This document shows, piece by piece, positions 46,801 through 57,802 of a stretch of DNA of 64,000 nt. Where the stretch lies: positions 186,001 through 250,000 of the forward strand of contig NW_027117342.1 in NCBI RefSeq assembly GCF_038025025.1, in the 5' to 3' direction. Under the pieces are notes generated by a model, which was not told where the DNA came from, searched no databases, and saw only the letters and a program-made list of their open reading frames with translations. Numbering within the stretch: the stretch's first letter is position 1; each line of letters starts with the position of its first letter. Both the position numbers and the translations under genes were made by a program. Origin of the DNA: Phyllosticta citribraziliensis (lineage: Eukaryota).

Positions 46801-48446
46801 TGCTGTTGGGGTCTCGGCAACATGGTTGATGTCCCCTCTGCCCTCTTCACCAAAGCCGTGCGGCAGTGGCAAGTCGGGTGTGCGGACAGAGAAGATATTG
46901 AGTTTGAGAAGGTGCCCAGATGGAGGTGGAAAGAAGGTTAGCTTGGACGGTTTCTCGGCCTGGCTGGGGTTGGAGAGCCTTGGTCTTTGGTAGACTGGAT
47001 CGCTGCGACGATTTTCCTGGCTCGATTGGGTGCCTCCGCGTCGAATGGCCTCCAAGTCGGTGCTTGAGAGCTGGGGAAACGTATTGGTGTTTGGACGGTC
47101 TGGACGGTCTGGAGCTCTCGTGTTGACACGACGAAGATGGAATGGCCAGTGTCGTCTGGGGTTGAGACTTCTCCCTGTTTGATAGACCGGATCGCTGGGG
47201 TCGGTCTCCTGGCACGACAGGGGGCCTCTACGTCGAATGGCATCAAGGTCGCGTCTCGAGAATTGGGGGAACGCATCGACGGTTGAGGTATTGTGGGCTC
47301 CCGTATCGGCTGGGCGAAGGTCGAATGACCGATGTCCTCTTGGGTGGCGTTGTCGGCGTACCTGATCTGCTCCCTCGCCAGCTGGTTGGTCGGGAACAGG
47401 ACGATGACGCGGTAACCTGAGATGGCGGCGCAAGGAATTGAAGCCCCGGCTATGGTACGGTTGATCCGATACGCCCGAGGCGTTGTCGTGCTGGACTCCA
47501 GTCCGGGGTCTGGCGGAGCGCGATCGGAAAAGGAACGATGGTCGCCAGGAGCGTCGGTGGGGCCTTTGGCGCGAATTGGAACGAGAGCGGCCTGACGATG
47601 GCATTTTACCGCAGCGTTTGATGGGGTACAATGAGGAAATGACTTGTAAAATGGTCCAAAAGACTCAGAGGTCCTTCTGTTCGGCTGTCAAGCTATGGTG
47701 GCTTTTTCTTGATCAAACGAGCGTCACAGCAAGAGGCCGTGGAGGCGGTGGTATTTGATGTGAATACTGAATGTCGATGTCGATAATGACAGTTGGAGAA
47801 ACAGGGTGGCGATGGAATGTTGCTGTCAAGAAGAAGAAGCAGATGAAGATGGAGGAATCGAGCCATGGTGAAAGCGAGCGAGTAGCCACGGTGGATTACA
47901 AGGCGACTTCTCTTTTTGGAGAGGCAGTCATGAGCAGGAGGACCGAGATTGGCGGGCATTTTGGACCCATTGGCTCAGCGAGAAAGCGCATAGGCAGCCA
48001 GTGAGGCCCGTGTGTTTTGGCAGGAGCTCGTCAGGGGTAGCCATATTTTTGGAGGTTGTTGTTTTTCTTTTCTTTTTCGTAGTACCAGGTGCAGTGATGA
48101 GTTGCGGCTCAACGGCATGACGTGCATGTTGGCGGCTGCAGAGAGCGGGCAAGTTGTTTTGGCGGGGCCAGGCACCTCGTGTGGCCGAGGCAAGCTGTCC
48201 CTCGCTCTGGATGACTTGGCATGGCTACATGCACCAGGACGGCCATGTCGGTCGAATGGCACAGCCAAACATGGTGACGAGCAGCGGCAGATGAATTGAT
48301 GCAGGCAAGCAAAGCACATGGACGGCAGAGGGGGATGGGGGAGGCGACTCACCCAGCTGCTGGTACTCGTCGATGGTCTTCTTCTCGCCGACCTTGAAGC
48401 CCTCGGTCTGCTCGGGGGTGAGCTCGTCTTCGTGGCCGTCAACCAT
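43859..48446 (-). CDS. RDI1: Rho GDP-dissociation inhibitor; exons 48446-48353, 44564-44449, 44366-44114, 43989-43859 (intron 1 = 3,788 nt)
   Basis: Exon 1 MVDGHEDELTPEQTEGFKVGEKKTIDEYQQL (phase 1, GTGAGT donor) joins DQNDESLRKWKESLG; also KPFTIKEG, GSYGPN, APSGMMTRGHY, FEWSFDIKKDW. Confidence 0.92.
44604..44622. repeat. Inverted repeat arm near the RDI1 intron 1 branch point; pairs with 48301-48320
   Basis: catgtgctttgctgcctgc versus the reverse complement of 48301-48320, catgtgctttgcttgcctgc. Confidence 0.9.
44983..47604 (-). CDS. Orphan ~873-aa ORF nested on the same strand in RDI1 intron 1 (Arg-rich, coiled coil, Ser-rich)
   Basis: 2.6-kb stop-free frame; first ATG at 47604 (aaaATGcca); charged coiled-coil segment and an internal duplication; no recognised domain. 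Confidence 0.65.
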   Translation of the reverse strand: MPSSGRSRSNSRQRPHRRSWRPSFLFRSRSARPRTGVQHDNASGVSDQPYHSRGFNSLRRHLRLPRHRPVPDQPAGEGADQVRRQRHPRGHRSFDLRPADTGAHNTSTVDAFPQFSRRDLDAIRRRGPLSCQETDPSDPVYQTGRSLNPRRHWPFHLRRVNTRAPDRPDRPNTNTFPQLSSTDLEAIRRGGTQSSQENRRSDPVYQRPRLSNPSQAEKPSKLTFFPPPSGHLLKLNIFSVRTPDLPLPHGFGEEGRGDINHVAETPTAPANPSEGQGSQHRALSSANGRKIRMLRSLAIRRKDQLNSHAPEPAAQHDPSSPSDAEFSFDPRASRDSDIIINNTLDQRLAALAATIKRERIKIQLNAVEEQERMLQEARERLPLERERQRGRAIKAMEKQNRRQERRLRAARRRQRLADTKFGRHVSTISGSYNAFRQRQEQRRLSSRFFKMVDQGIRKSRQKERSRRHVEILEAKKRRQDWIQCERNARRKELAKRLKESSLGKAFEIFRGKLSKKKPSTESQTVTDVLRRSSDPGETAAPREDHENTQASQRTTQSRVDDQSPLEAQREAQDDASRADNEESSKNSSGSSSSSDSDSSDSVDQTNYQPPHDDSSGGPPPGPSGGNGSSTRPPAPDSSNTGGGTTKRQSAALSYSSEHTLSTPLHRPWHRYQANQGCRHALRTSHAPQHSSPLRVSVFPPMDDEPSSCQKKFGCNSHASASESPQNGRDSCSSKSEKEPPQFETHSIPVVSMLSNRSIDSDSSDGMPHVSLQHLTQLFVYHTDKLRQTYGELKRRELDVMRHSVDCILPVLEDAQQRLLFASQQNDCFEAGPVDEIPGSEATGLAQKHVQADSVKEPSLSQTSRWSSQLLDIL
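48301..48320. repeat. Inverted repeat arm 32 nt inside the RDI1 intron 1 donor; pairs with 44604-44622
   Basis: gcaggcaagcaaagcacatg; 19 bp of complementarity with a 1-nt bulge. Confidence 0.9.
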
Positions 48447-48934
48447 GGCTGCGCTGTGGGGTGATGGACGAGTGGGAGTGAGCGAGGGAGTGGGAGGGAT
48501 GGTGTTGTGGTAGAACAGAGTAAGGTACGGTAGGTGTTGTGAGTAGAGGATGGGAGACCCTTTTGGAACACCAGAGTCTCTCTCTCCCCCTCCCCCTCTG
48601 GCCTCTGGCCTGGCTCTGCCTCTGCCTCTGGGCCCCGCCTGGTCTGTGCGGGGCCTCCCCTGGCTGCAGTGACCGCTGACCGCCAAAACACTCGTCAAGC
48701 ACGTGCATGGCCCGATCGGGGTCAGTACAGGTACTCGCGTCGCCATCGCTGATGTGGTCTTGTGGATGCTGGTAACTACTGGACTCGTTGTAAAGCAGTA
48801 AACGGGACTGATTCCAAGTCGACGAGTGCCTGGATGACAGCTCTAGCTCGTACTGTAGCTTACGCCAGACCCGGCCAGCCTCTCTGTCTCCCTGTCGAGA
48901 AGCACCCAAAACCTTCCCGTCGTCCTCAACCCAA

Positions 48935-48985
48935 CTCTCACCCTCTCACCCTCTCACCCTCTCACCATCTCACCATCTCACCATC
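48935..48985 (+). repeat. 8-nt tandem repeat CTCACC(C/A)T in the divergent RDI1/bqt4 promoter
   Basis: ctcaccct x3 followed by ctcaccat x3. Confidence 0.8.
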
Positions 48986-49234
48986 ATGACTGCATCGCTG
49001 CTTCGCTAGCCATACCCACCCACCATCTTCATTCCGAACACTGCTCGTCCAGACCGCATTTTTCAGGGTGCAGGGGTGTAACCGGTCGCGTACCAAGCGT
49101 CCAAGCTCACTTCGCGTCGTGTCGTGCTCTTCTCTCCCGCTCTGCTGTCCCCCCAACCGTCCATTCCACAGCGACATCCACACCGACCGACTGCCTGCTG
49201 CGCACAGCTTCACTCCACCCCCACTGTCAACATC

Positions 49235-50666
49235 ATGGTCCAAACCCGCGTCCTCCCTGACCAGCGGAACCCGCTCATACTGCCCGAGCACACTCCCGCT
49301 CGTACGTTGGCCTCCTGCACGCGTCGCGTCGCCGACCCCGAGCTGACACTGCACAGTCGATATTCTCATCGAGCGACGACGCCTGGGTCAAACAAACCTA
49401 CAGGTCAAGTCCGGCCAGCTCGCCGGCCCTTCCAAGCCAGTCGAAGTGACGGATCTGTTCGACTACGCCCATCTGCGCGTACCCTTGCCCAAGGACCTCA
49501 ATGGTTCTGGCATCTTCAGCTCAAAGGGCTCGGCCTACCCCGAGTCGTACTTTTTGATGGTGAGGTCGCAAATCCGCCGTCCTCGCGCCTCGGTGCTAAT
49601 CCCTCCAAAAAGCGCCGCAGCAGCGATGGCTTCATCAGCGCTACTGGAATGTTCAAGGCCGCCTTTCCTTGGGCGTCGCAGGACGACGAAGAGCAGGAGC
49701 GCGTCTACCACAACACGCTGACGAGCGCCGGCGACGAGGTTGCAGGGAACGTGTGGGTTTCTCCCGAAGACGGTACGTCGCGCCCTACACACAAAGGCTG
49801 CCGGGCCACACTGCTCACTATGCGCGCGTACAGCTCTCAAACTCGCCGACGACTACGCCATGACGGCGTGGATCGTTGCGCTGCTCGATCCGGAGCCGAT
49901 CGAAAAGGGTACCAAGGATAAAGGCTCCCACGAAATCTCAACCCCACCCAAATTCATCGTCGCCGACAAGGCATCGCTCCTCCCCACCGCCACAAACATG
50001 CGTACCCGCTCCATGCGCTCCGCCTCTCCGACCAAGGCCTCACCACGCAAGCTAGCATCGCCACGTAAGCCGCGAACCACGCGCAAGGCAGCCAAGGAGG
50101 CGCGCGAGGGCACCCCCAGCGCGCTGCACCGCTCCGTCGAGAATGAGACGCCCGCGGCATCCGAGTTCGGCGGCGAGTCAGTCAACGGCGAAGCCACGGC
50201 GGCTTCTGAGACGGTGCGCGTCGAGGTGGACGAGACGACGCAAAAGCAGGGCGAAATCGAGACGACGACGACGGCCGTCAAGGTCGACGTGCCGGCAGAG
50301 CACCCGGAGCTGCCGCTGCCCGAGAGGCCAGAGGACATGATTGCGCAGGCGCGGCGCATGGTCGAGGAGGCCAACAAGGCCGACGGCTCAAGCTCGAACA
50401 AGTCGTCGTCGCTGAAGCGCAAGGCCGACGATGCAGACCTCGAGGAGCCCGAGGCCAACGCCATGGAGGTGCAGCCGGTCAAGCGCACCAAGGTGCTCGA
50501 GGAGGAGCTGCGCAAGGAGCGCGTGCGGTCCAAGGCGTTCATGGGGCTGAGCGCCACGCTGGCCATTGGGTGAGTTTTCCCAACATGCATGAAGCAGCGC
50601 ACTTTCCATCATACTAACTTGCGCGTTTCCAGGGCTCTGATTCCTTTCCTGCAAAGTCTGCTCTGA
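49235..50666 (+). CDS. bqt4: APSES/KilA-N domain, tail-anchored inner nuclear membrane protein (Bqt4-like); exons 49235-49301, 49357-49559, 49613-49772, 49834-50569, 50633-50666
   Basis: FDYAHLRVPLP, YFLM|RRSSDGFISATGMFKAAFPWA, AGNVWVSPEDALKLADDY, C-terminal TM segment AFMGLSATLAIGALIPFL. Confidence 0.8.
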
Positions 50667-50856
50667 TCGATGGCAGCTACAGCCACCGGCACCTACAACA
50701 GTAGCTCGATCGAAGAAATTAAATCGCCAAATGACGCCATGTAAGAACAGACAGACAGACGGGGAAGTCGGCAGCGGCAGCGGCAGCGGCTTGCTGGCCC
50801 AATCGTGCGCATCAGGAGGCGCCTTGAGATACCATACCACCGATGACGACTGTTTT

Positions 50857-50890
50857 GACTCGACTCGCTCGACTCGACTCGACTCGACTC
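50857..50890 (+). repeat. (GACTC)n microsatellite
   Basis: gactcgactcgctcgactcgactcgactcgactc. Confidence 0.75.
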
Positions 50891-51885
50891 GATCACTCGA
50901 TCACTCGATTTTTTCCCCCTCTTCTCCTTGTCTCTCCTTTGTTTTCGGGCGCGACCACGGCCGCGTGGTCTGTCGCGGGCGTGGTGTGGTTTGGAAGGCG
51001 CGTGGGCGGGCGGGCGGACGCAGAAGCTGGCTGGATGGCGACTTTGTTGACTGGCGAGAACTGCTCACGCACAGGTGGGAGACATAGAGAGAGAGAGGAT
51101 GCAGAGTGGTTCGCCATCCACACCCGATAGTAACCAGACCCAGAATAAGAAATCCAAACAAACCCACCAACCGCCATCTTTCCTGCATCCCATCCCCATC
51201 CCCATCCCCATTTCTCTTCCTCTTCCTCTATCTCTTTTCTTTATCCATGTAGATACGCACTGAGGTACGTAGGCCAGCCAGCCTGCCACCCTGCCACCCT
51301 GCCCGCCACGCACACACGCACGCACGCGTGGCCGAGCAAGGCAGGACGGCACGACGGCACCGTTGTCCTTTCTTCGGGGGAGAATTGCGTGCCAGCCCGG
51401 AACAACCAAGAGAGGGAATGTTGAAAGTGGAAAGTTTCCAACGCTTTGGCGTCACGCTGTCGTGCCGTGAGGTCAAACCAGACGTCACTATTGTGTGGGG
51501 CGTGCAGTGTAAAGATTGAGGTCAGTCTGACGGACGCGCCTTGACCGGACCCGACTCGACTCAACTCAACTCAACTCAACTCACGCCTCGCCTCGCCATG
51601 CTACCATACCACGCACGGCGAGGCACTGCCAGGAAAGGCCGACAAAGGCGCAGTGTAGAGCAGTACACACAGGCCTCAGTTCATCCCAGCTCAATTTCCC
51701 CCCTCACCCCTTAGTCACCTAGTTGTCTACTTCCATCGGAGAAGAAGCGGGAAGGTAGAAAGCGACACGTGGAGAGCTAGACTACACTCCCTCTCCCCTT
51801 TTTTGTTGCGAGCAACTACCGTCTAGGAGATTGCCCCGCCCTCGCTACTTTGTGGCGCGGGCGCAACATTGCGCAATCAAGACCG

Positions 51886-51917
51886 CTCTCTCTCCCTCTC
51901 TCTCTCTCTTTTTTTTT

Positions 51918-51950
<33 letters not shown>
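51886..51950 (+). repeat. Compound (CT)n / poly-T pyrimidine tract
   Basis: Read directly. Confidence 0.85.
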
Positions 51951-51952
<2 letters not shown>

Positions 51953-53097
51953 AAACGCACGCACCGTCAACGCACGCAATTGGTTACATATACCCCCCAC
52001 ACACCCCTAGATTATCTTCACTGCCCTAACCGCCATTTATCACCTCCGGCAAAAGATATTCTCCATGTCAGGATTATAGAGATTCAAGGCGAACCAGCAG
52101 GGAGGGGGCCTGTAGAGACGTAGGGAGATTCCTACGAGGACTTGGGGGGGGAGGGATGACGGACGTGAGCGCGCTGCCTGCCTGCCTTTTTTGCGCAACG
52201 GAATCAGCGTAATCGTCATCGTCGTCGTCGTCGTCGTTTTAGTGTGTCATTCAGCCGTGCCGTTAGCCGGCTAATCAACTCTAGTCTTGACAACTCTCCC
52301 GTCTGATCCCGTCTCCTCTGACGTGCTACGCTACGCTTCTCTGTGCTACTGTATACTTCTTGAGACGACAAGTGTACTGTGATAGACACCGTAGTGCTGT
52401 GGTGTTTTGTTGAACAAAAGGGAGAATGGAGGGAGATGAAGCGATGCGATGGATATGGTAGAGTCTAGGTCTGTCTGGGTAGGTAGGCCATGGGTGTAAG
52501 ACATGGCCGTGAATAGTCGCGCAGCGCTCAGCGTATCTGCCTACCTACCTCTGGGAGGAGAAGATGGATGGAATGGGATGGGATGGATAAGCAAGCAAGC
52601 AAGCAAGCACTGGAAGGACTGCTGCGGGCGGACGGGCGGACGGACTAGAACGACCTGAAGTACTTGCGTATGTAATGCATATACACGTGGTGGCAGTATA
52701 ATTCATTTGTACTGTACCGTACATACAAACAGCAGCTGTGCAGTGTAAACTTCGCAATCAGCTCGACATTACCATCAGTCTGTCTCATAGTTGGGTCGTT
52801 GTCGTCGTGATACTACATACAAACTGCACACTGTACACTATAAAATACTGCTACTGGGAACGACAGGCATTGGTTGGTTGGTCGGCTGGCTGGCAACAGG
52901 AGGGGAGGAAGTGATTGGACGGACGGACGGACGGCAGGTGAGTGTGGAGTGTGGAGTGTGGAGGGTGGCATCAGGGGACTGACTGGGGGGGCCGCAGCGG
53001 CAGATCTGCAACCGCCACAACGACGCCAATCGACAGCGATAAAACGACGACGTCGTCCCTCCTCGCTGCTCCCTACCTACCCACACGCCCTCTCTCT

Positions 53098-56089
53098 TCA
53101 AATATCGCGGACCACGCGCGCCGTAGCCCAGACATACGGGTAATTGCGCTGATACCAATTGACACTGCCCAACAACGCATCAGTCACTGCTCTCACATCT
53201 CACGCACGCGCTCCTCGTCTCCAAATAGACAGATAAACACTTACAAGCTCCTCCTCCCCGCGATGCGCGGATGCGTCGCCCACGATCCGCCCAGCACGAC
53301 GTTGTGCTTGCCGTCGAAGAAGTCGGCCGTGTAGCCCGGGTACGCGGCGCTGGCCGCGAAGCCCGCGTGCGCCGCCAGCGCCGTGCTGGTCCACTCCCAC
53401 GCCCCGCCCATGTCGCCCTGGCCCGCGAGGCGGTGGCCGCGCGCCGTCACGGCCGTCGGGTGCCAGTGCTTGAAGCCGATGTTGATGCCGTCCGTGTCGT
53501 CGTCGTGGTCGTCGCCGTGGCTCAGGTCGGCGAAGAGGGCGCGGCGCTGCTCGTCGAGGTCGACGTTGGGCTCGGGGGCCAGCGACGCCGGCGCGTGGGC
53601 GTCTCCATTGCTATTGCTATCGCCATTGCTGCAGGAGACGCCGTTGGTGTGGTTCCCGTTGCGGTGGGATGGCGGGGACTCGGCGACGCCGTCGTTGACC
53701 AGGTGGCCGTTGACGGCGGGGATGGTGCACTGGACGGCGTCCTTGAGGGCGGCGCTCTTCTTGACGCGCTCGACGTAGGCGTAGATGCTGCGGGCCTCGT
53801 CGGCCGTGGGGATGCGGCCGTCCATCCAGCGCGCGCAGCCGGCCAGCTCGTCATACGACGCCAGCACCGGCCAGTCGAGGGCGTGGGCGAGCGGGACGGG
53901 CCCAAACACGGTGCGGACGGTGATGCCTTCGTAGTCGGTTAAGGCGCCATTGTTGGGCGCGCGGGGAGAAGAGGTGGACCTGGAGGCTCCCCTGGCCCAC
54001 GAGGCGGGTATCTGGGTTGATGCCGTCTGGTCGAGGTACTTGGCGTAGTCGGCCACGGTGATGGCGCGAGCTTTGGCTTCAAAGGCGCCAACGACGATCC
54101 GGCGGCGCGGCTTCTCATTGTCCCAGCCAAAGAAGCGGCGCGGGCCGGACTCGTTCTCCGGATCGTCAAGGCCCTCGTCGAGCGTCGCCGCGGGGATCTT
54201 GAACCACTGGTTCTCCACGCCGACAGCCCTGCTTCGCGCCTCACGGGCCAGCGCCTCGAAGTCTGGGGCCACGACGCCCGGCGGAGGCCGCGTCCGCGGT
54301 TGGTCACTTTGGACAAGCATGTACAGCAACGTTTCCAAATGCATCATTTCGTGCTCGTACCCCAGCCATAGGCTACGCGCAACCCGCGCGTCGGATTGCG
54401 CCATCCCGCGCCCGTACAGCCCCGCGACCCGCCCCCGAACTCTGCTTTGGTACCTCAAAATCTGCTCCACCGGCGGATACGCCTCGGGAATCTCACTGTG
54501 CGCGTGGCAGAGCTCCGGGTTGTCCACGTCCGGGTCTATGCCCCTCTCAAAGATGCTAGCGAACTGCGCCGCCGGCTCCGTCGCCGCCTCCCGCGTCGAC
54601 CGCGTCAGGTGCATGTCGAGAAACGTCGGAATGTGCCCGAGGTAGAAGATGCACGCGTTGCGCAGCTTGATTGGCTTCTCCAGCAGCCCTTCTTGCGGGA
54701 GCATATTCAGCCCAACCGCGTCCCACGCGGCCCACAGCTGCTTCCAATCGGACAGCGTCGGCGCGGGCTCGGCCGCGTAGTCTTTCGGATGCAGGGAGTA
54801 GAAGACTTGGGGCTTGGACACAAGGTAGAGACCTAGAAAGATTCATCATCAGTCATTCAGACATCGCAATTCCCAGGTATAGATTACGACCACTTAAGGA
54901 GAGAGAGAGTGTGTGTGTGTGCGTGTGCGTGTGTGCGGAAGCAACAAAAGCAAAACAAAACGAGACAAAAAATGGCAACTAGGACGCCCGGCCGAGGGAG
55001 TAAATACCATAGTCTCCTTTTTGGTTCATCCACCGAGCGCCCTGCGCAAGGTTTGCGTCGTCGAACAGTCGCCGAATGTCGCCAGGACTGAACTTGTAAC
55101 TCTCCTCAATGCGTACTTTTTCGCCCGCCTTGATCAGAACGTCGTCCACCACTACATCCTTGAGCGGAACCACAAATGCTTGATGACGACCATTCAAAGA
55201 ATCAAACTCGCCAACAACCTTCCACTCGCCCGGCTTGAAAGCCTGCGTGCCGAGGAGCCTGTTGGCATGCTCGAGCCCATTTAGGTAAAATTGGTGCGTG
55301 ACGCCCTCGCTGTCGTTGTAAGCGCGGTGCACCTTCTTGGGCTCGAGGCAGCTGTCGATTCCGATGAGTAACGTGTCGCCCTCCTGCAGCGAGCCAGCGA
55401 CTGAGCGGAGAAAGCCGGGACACTCCTCTCTCTTGAAATTGCCAATGCTGGATCCCATCCAGAGCACAGTCTTTGGCCTCGACGCGATTTCGGGCCTCTT
55501 TAGCCACTCCAAGCCGTCGTCGTACGTCGCATGGAGCCCAAAGCACTTGACGTGCTTGAAAGACTGGCTCGGCACTTCGGCCAGGGTGCGCTGCAGCTCA
55601 GCCACGTCGAGATCCAGGGCATAGTAGTCGACATCTTTTCCTTGCCTCTCGAGCGCCTGAAGAATGATGTTGACCTTGCGGAGGTTGCTTCACGCCGTCA
55701 GCAATTGCCCAGAAAGCGTGCATGTCATCGTACCCGCTTCCCAACTCAAGGAGAATTGATCCAGGCTGGATCCTGTCAGCAATGCGCTCGGCGTACGTCT
55801 CGAGGACCTCGATTTCGGCATTGGTGAGATAGTAATCCTTCAGGTACGTGATCTTTTCAAACAACCTCAGGCCAACCTCGTCGTAGAGAAGAATCGTGGA
55901 CAGTGTCTTTTCGGTCCCTTCCTTTGCGTGGAGCCCTTTCAAGGCGTCGTCCAAGAGGCAGTTGCCATTGGCGTCCCCACGGATGTTGATAATGTTGGAT
56001 GAACCATTCTTCTGGGGCGAGTCCGCGCGAGCGTCCCCATTGCGAGTCCCACCGCCAGAGCCGTTCTCGAGAAGAATGTCTTGCGCCAT
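53098..56089 (-). CDS. EGT1: Ergothioneine biosynthesis protein 1 (histidine trimethyltransferase fused to sulfoxide synthase); exons 56089-55734, 55687-55008, 54832-53245, 53164-53098
   Basis: EgtD-like LLYDEVGLRLFEKIT..YYLTNAE, LELGSG|NLRK, WMGSSIGNF, AYNDSEGVT; DinB/EgtB-like FYLGHIPTF, FERGIDPDVD, EHEMMHLE; FGE-like FGWDNEKP, GGAWEWT, VNWYQRNYPY. Confidence 0.95.
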
Positions 56090-57802
56090 TGCGAAATAGT
56101 AAACGTCTATTGCGACTATGGCCGTTTGGAGGGTGAGATGTCAAGAGGGAGGAGGTCACGTCACTTGGGGGGGAGGTGACTTGGGGGAAACAGAGACAAG
56201 ACCGGCCTGAAATCAAGACGTCAGTTCGACATGCTCATTGGCGAATCACACGCTATTTCGGAGGGCTTACATGGCACAGCTCCGGGACCCGCCATCGTAA
56301 CCCTGTCAGGCCGTTCGTTTGGGCGCGGTCGTTCCGCGTGAACCTCGTCACCCCTGCGCTTGGTGGTTCCGTCTCCTGCAGGCACCGCTTGGTCATCGTG
56401 ATCCAGGGTCGCCAGGTCGACGAGAGACGTCGTTTGGCCATTTGTCAGCGCGGATGCTGTCAAGCAATCAGGGCATAGAGAGCCTTGGGCTCGAGCTCTC
56501 CATCGGTGCGTACAAAGGCGCCGAGTACGACCACATACAAATCCGGTCCTGCCCTGGAGTGCTAGCTCATTCCGTCGATTCGGCTAGGGCAGAAAAATGC
56601 GCCAGCCAAGGTCCCGCGTCCCAGAAGTCGGGCGTAAACTCTAAAAGGCTTGGAGGCGTGGGAAGTCTCTCATCAGGCAAATTGTAGTCCCACGGCAACT
56701 ACCTCTCGACGGGTTGCAGCGGGAGAGAGGACACTCTCAACAGCGGGGTAGCGGGGTCGTGTTGCCGCATCCTGACGACATCCATTCCTGTTGATCTGAC
56801 AAATGCAAATGACTGTCGAGAGGAAACGCCGAGATTCAAGACGTTTCCGAGCCGCGGGGGGGTTCCGTCAAAGCATCTGACGATTACATCGCCATCATGT
56901 ACAGGGGTCCAGGTCGGTGGAGCCTTGGGCGTTGTTTTCGTCAGAGAGGTCAGAGTGTCGTCGATCATGTGACTTGCAGGTCCCTTTTCTTGTCCCGCCG
57001 ACGGGAAAGAGCCTCATGACGATGAACCGGGGAACAGGTACAAGATAGTCGGCTCGGAGACTTCACAGATCGATTGCGGGAGGAATGGCGCAAGGCGGGA
57101 GTTGAGGTTGGTGGTCAAGAGATAAGAGACGCACGAGCCAGCATCCTCGCCACGTGATCTGCAACTTTATTACGACCTCACGGCTCCTCGACGCCTTATA
57201 ATGTTCAAATCCTACGGTCTGAGCAAGCTCGGTGCTCCGTTGTGGTCATGGGAAACTCACGGCGCCAGGAGCAACATGCTCATCGTTGGAAAGCGTCTCC
57301 CAAATGCAAAGACGGGATGAGAATGGATATAGGATTTGGAAAAAAAGTCAACTCAAACCAAATCTATACTCCTGCCAACCAACAACCATAAGTACAAGAA
57401 TCCCGCCCTAAAACGATCCAAGTAGAAGATTCACAAAAAGCCATTACACTACCAGCATGCACTACTGTAGCTGCAGGGCGCTCTCTCCATGACGTCCATC
57501 AACACAGAAATTACTTCACCGTCCGTTTCCAGTCCATTTGCGAGTGTGGACTAGAGGTATTCTGAGTGACATACTACCGGCAACCACTCGCCCGGCTAAA
57601 AGAGTCGTCCATCCGATGTCCACCCAATCAAGGGAGGCAGTCGTGCTACCACTGTCCCGCTGCCTCTGCAGACATGTAGCCACTCGTGTAAACGCCTTTT
57701 CCCAAAAGGTGAGCATAAAAGGTCATCCAGCCCCGACAGCGCTCGTGGAGCGCAAAAATAGCGAAGCGAACAGAAAAGCAAAATTGCGGAGAGTATCAAA
57801 GT

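Noticed and set aside
44604..48320. DNA transposon (TIRs plus ORF) inserted in RDI1
   Set aside because: The flanks show no target-site duplication and the ORF has no DDE, tyrosine-recombinase or RT motif. The arm positions next to splice signals fit an RNA stem better. Not fully excluded.
52024..52032. CCCTAACC as a telomerase RNA template
   Set aside because: Only 8 nt, expected by chance, with no recognisable pseudoknot or other TER element
56300..57500. Short ORFs upstream of EGT1; similar ones at 7200-8600, 10600-11500 and 60600-61500
   Set aside because: No motifs, coding bias or consistent splice structure
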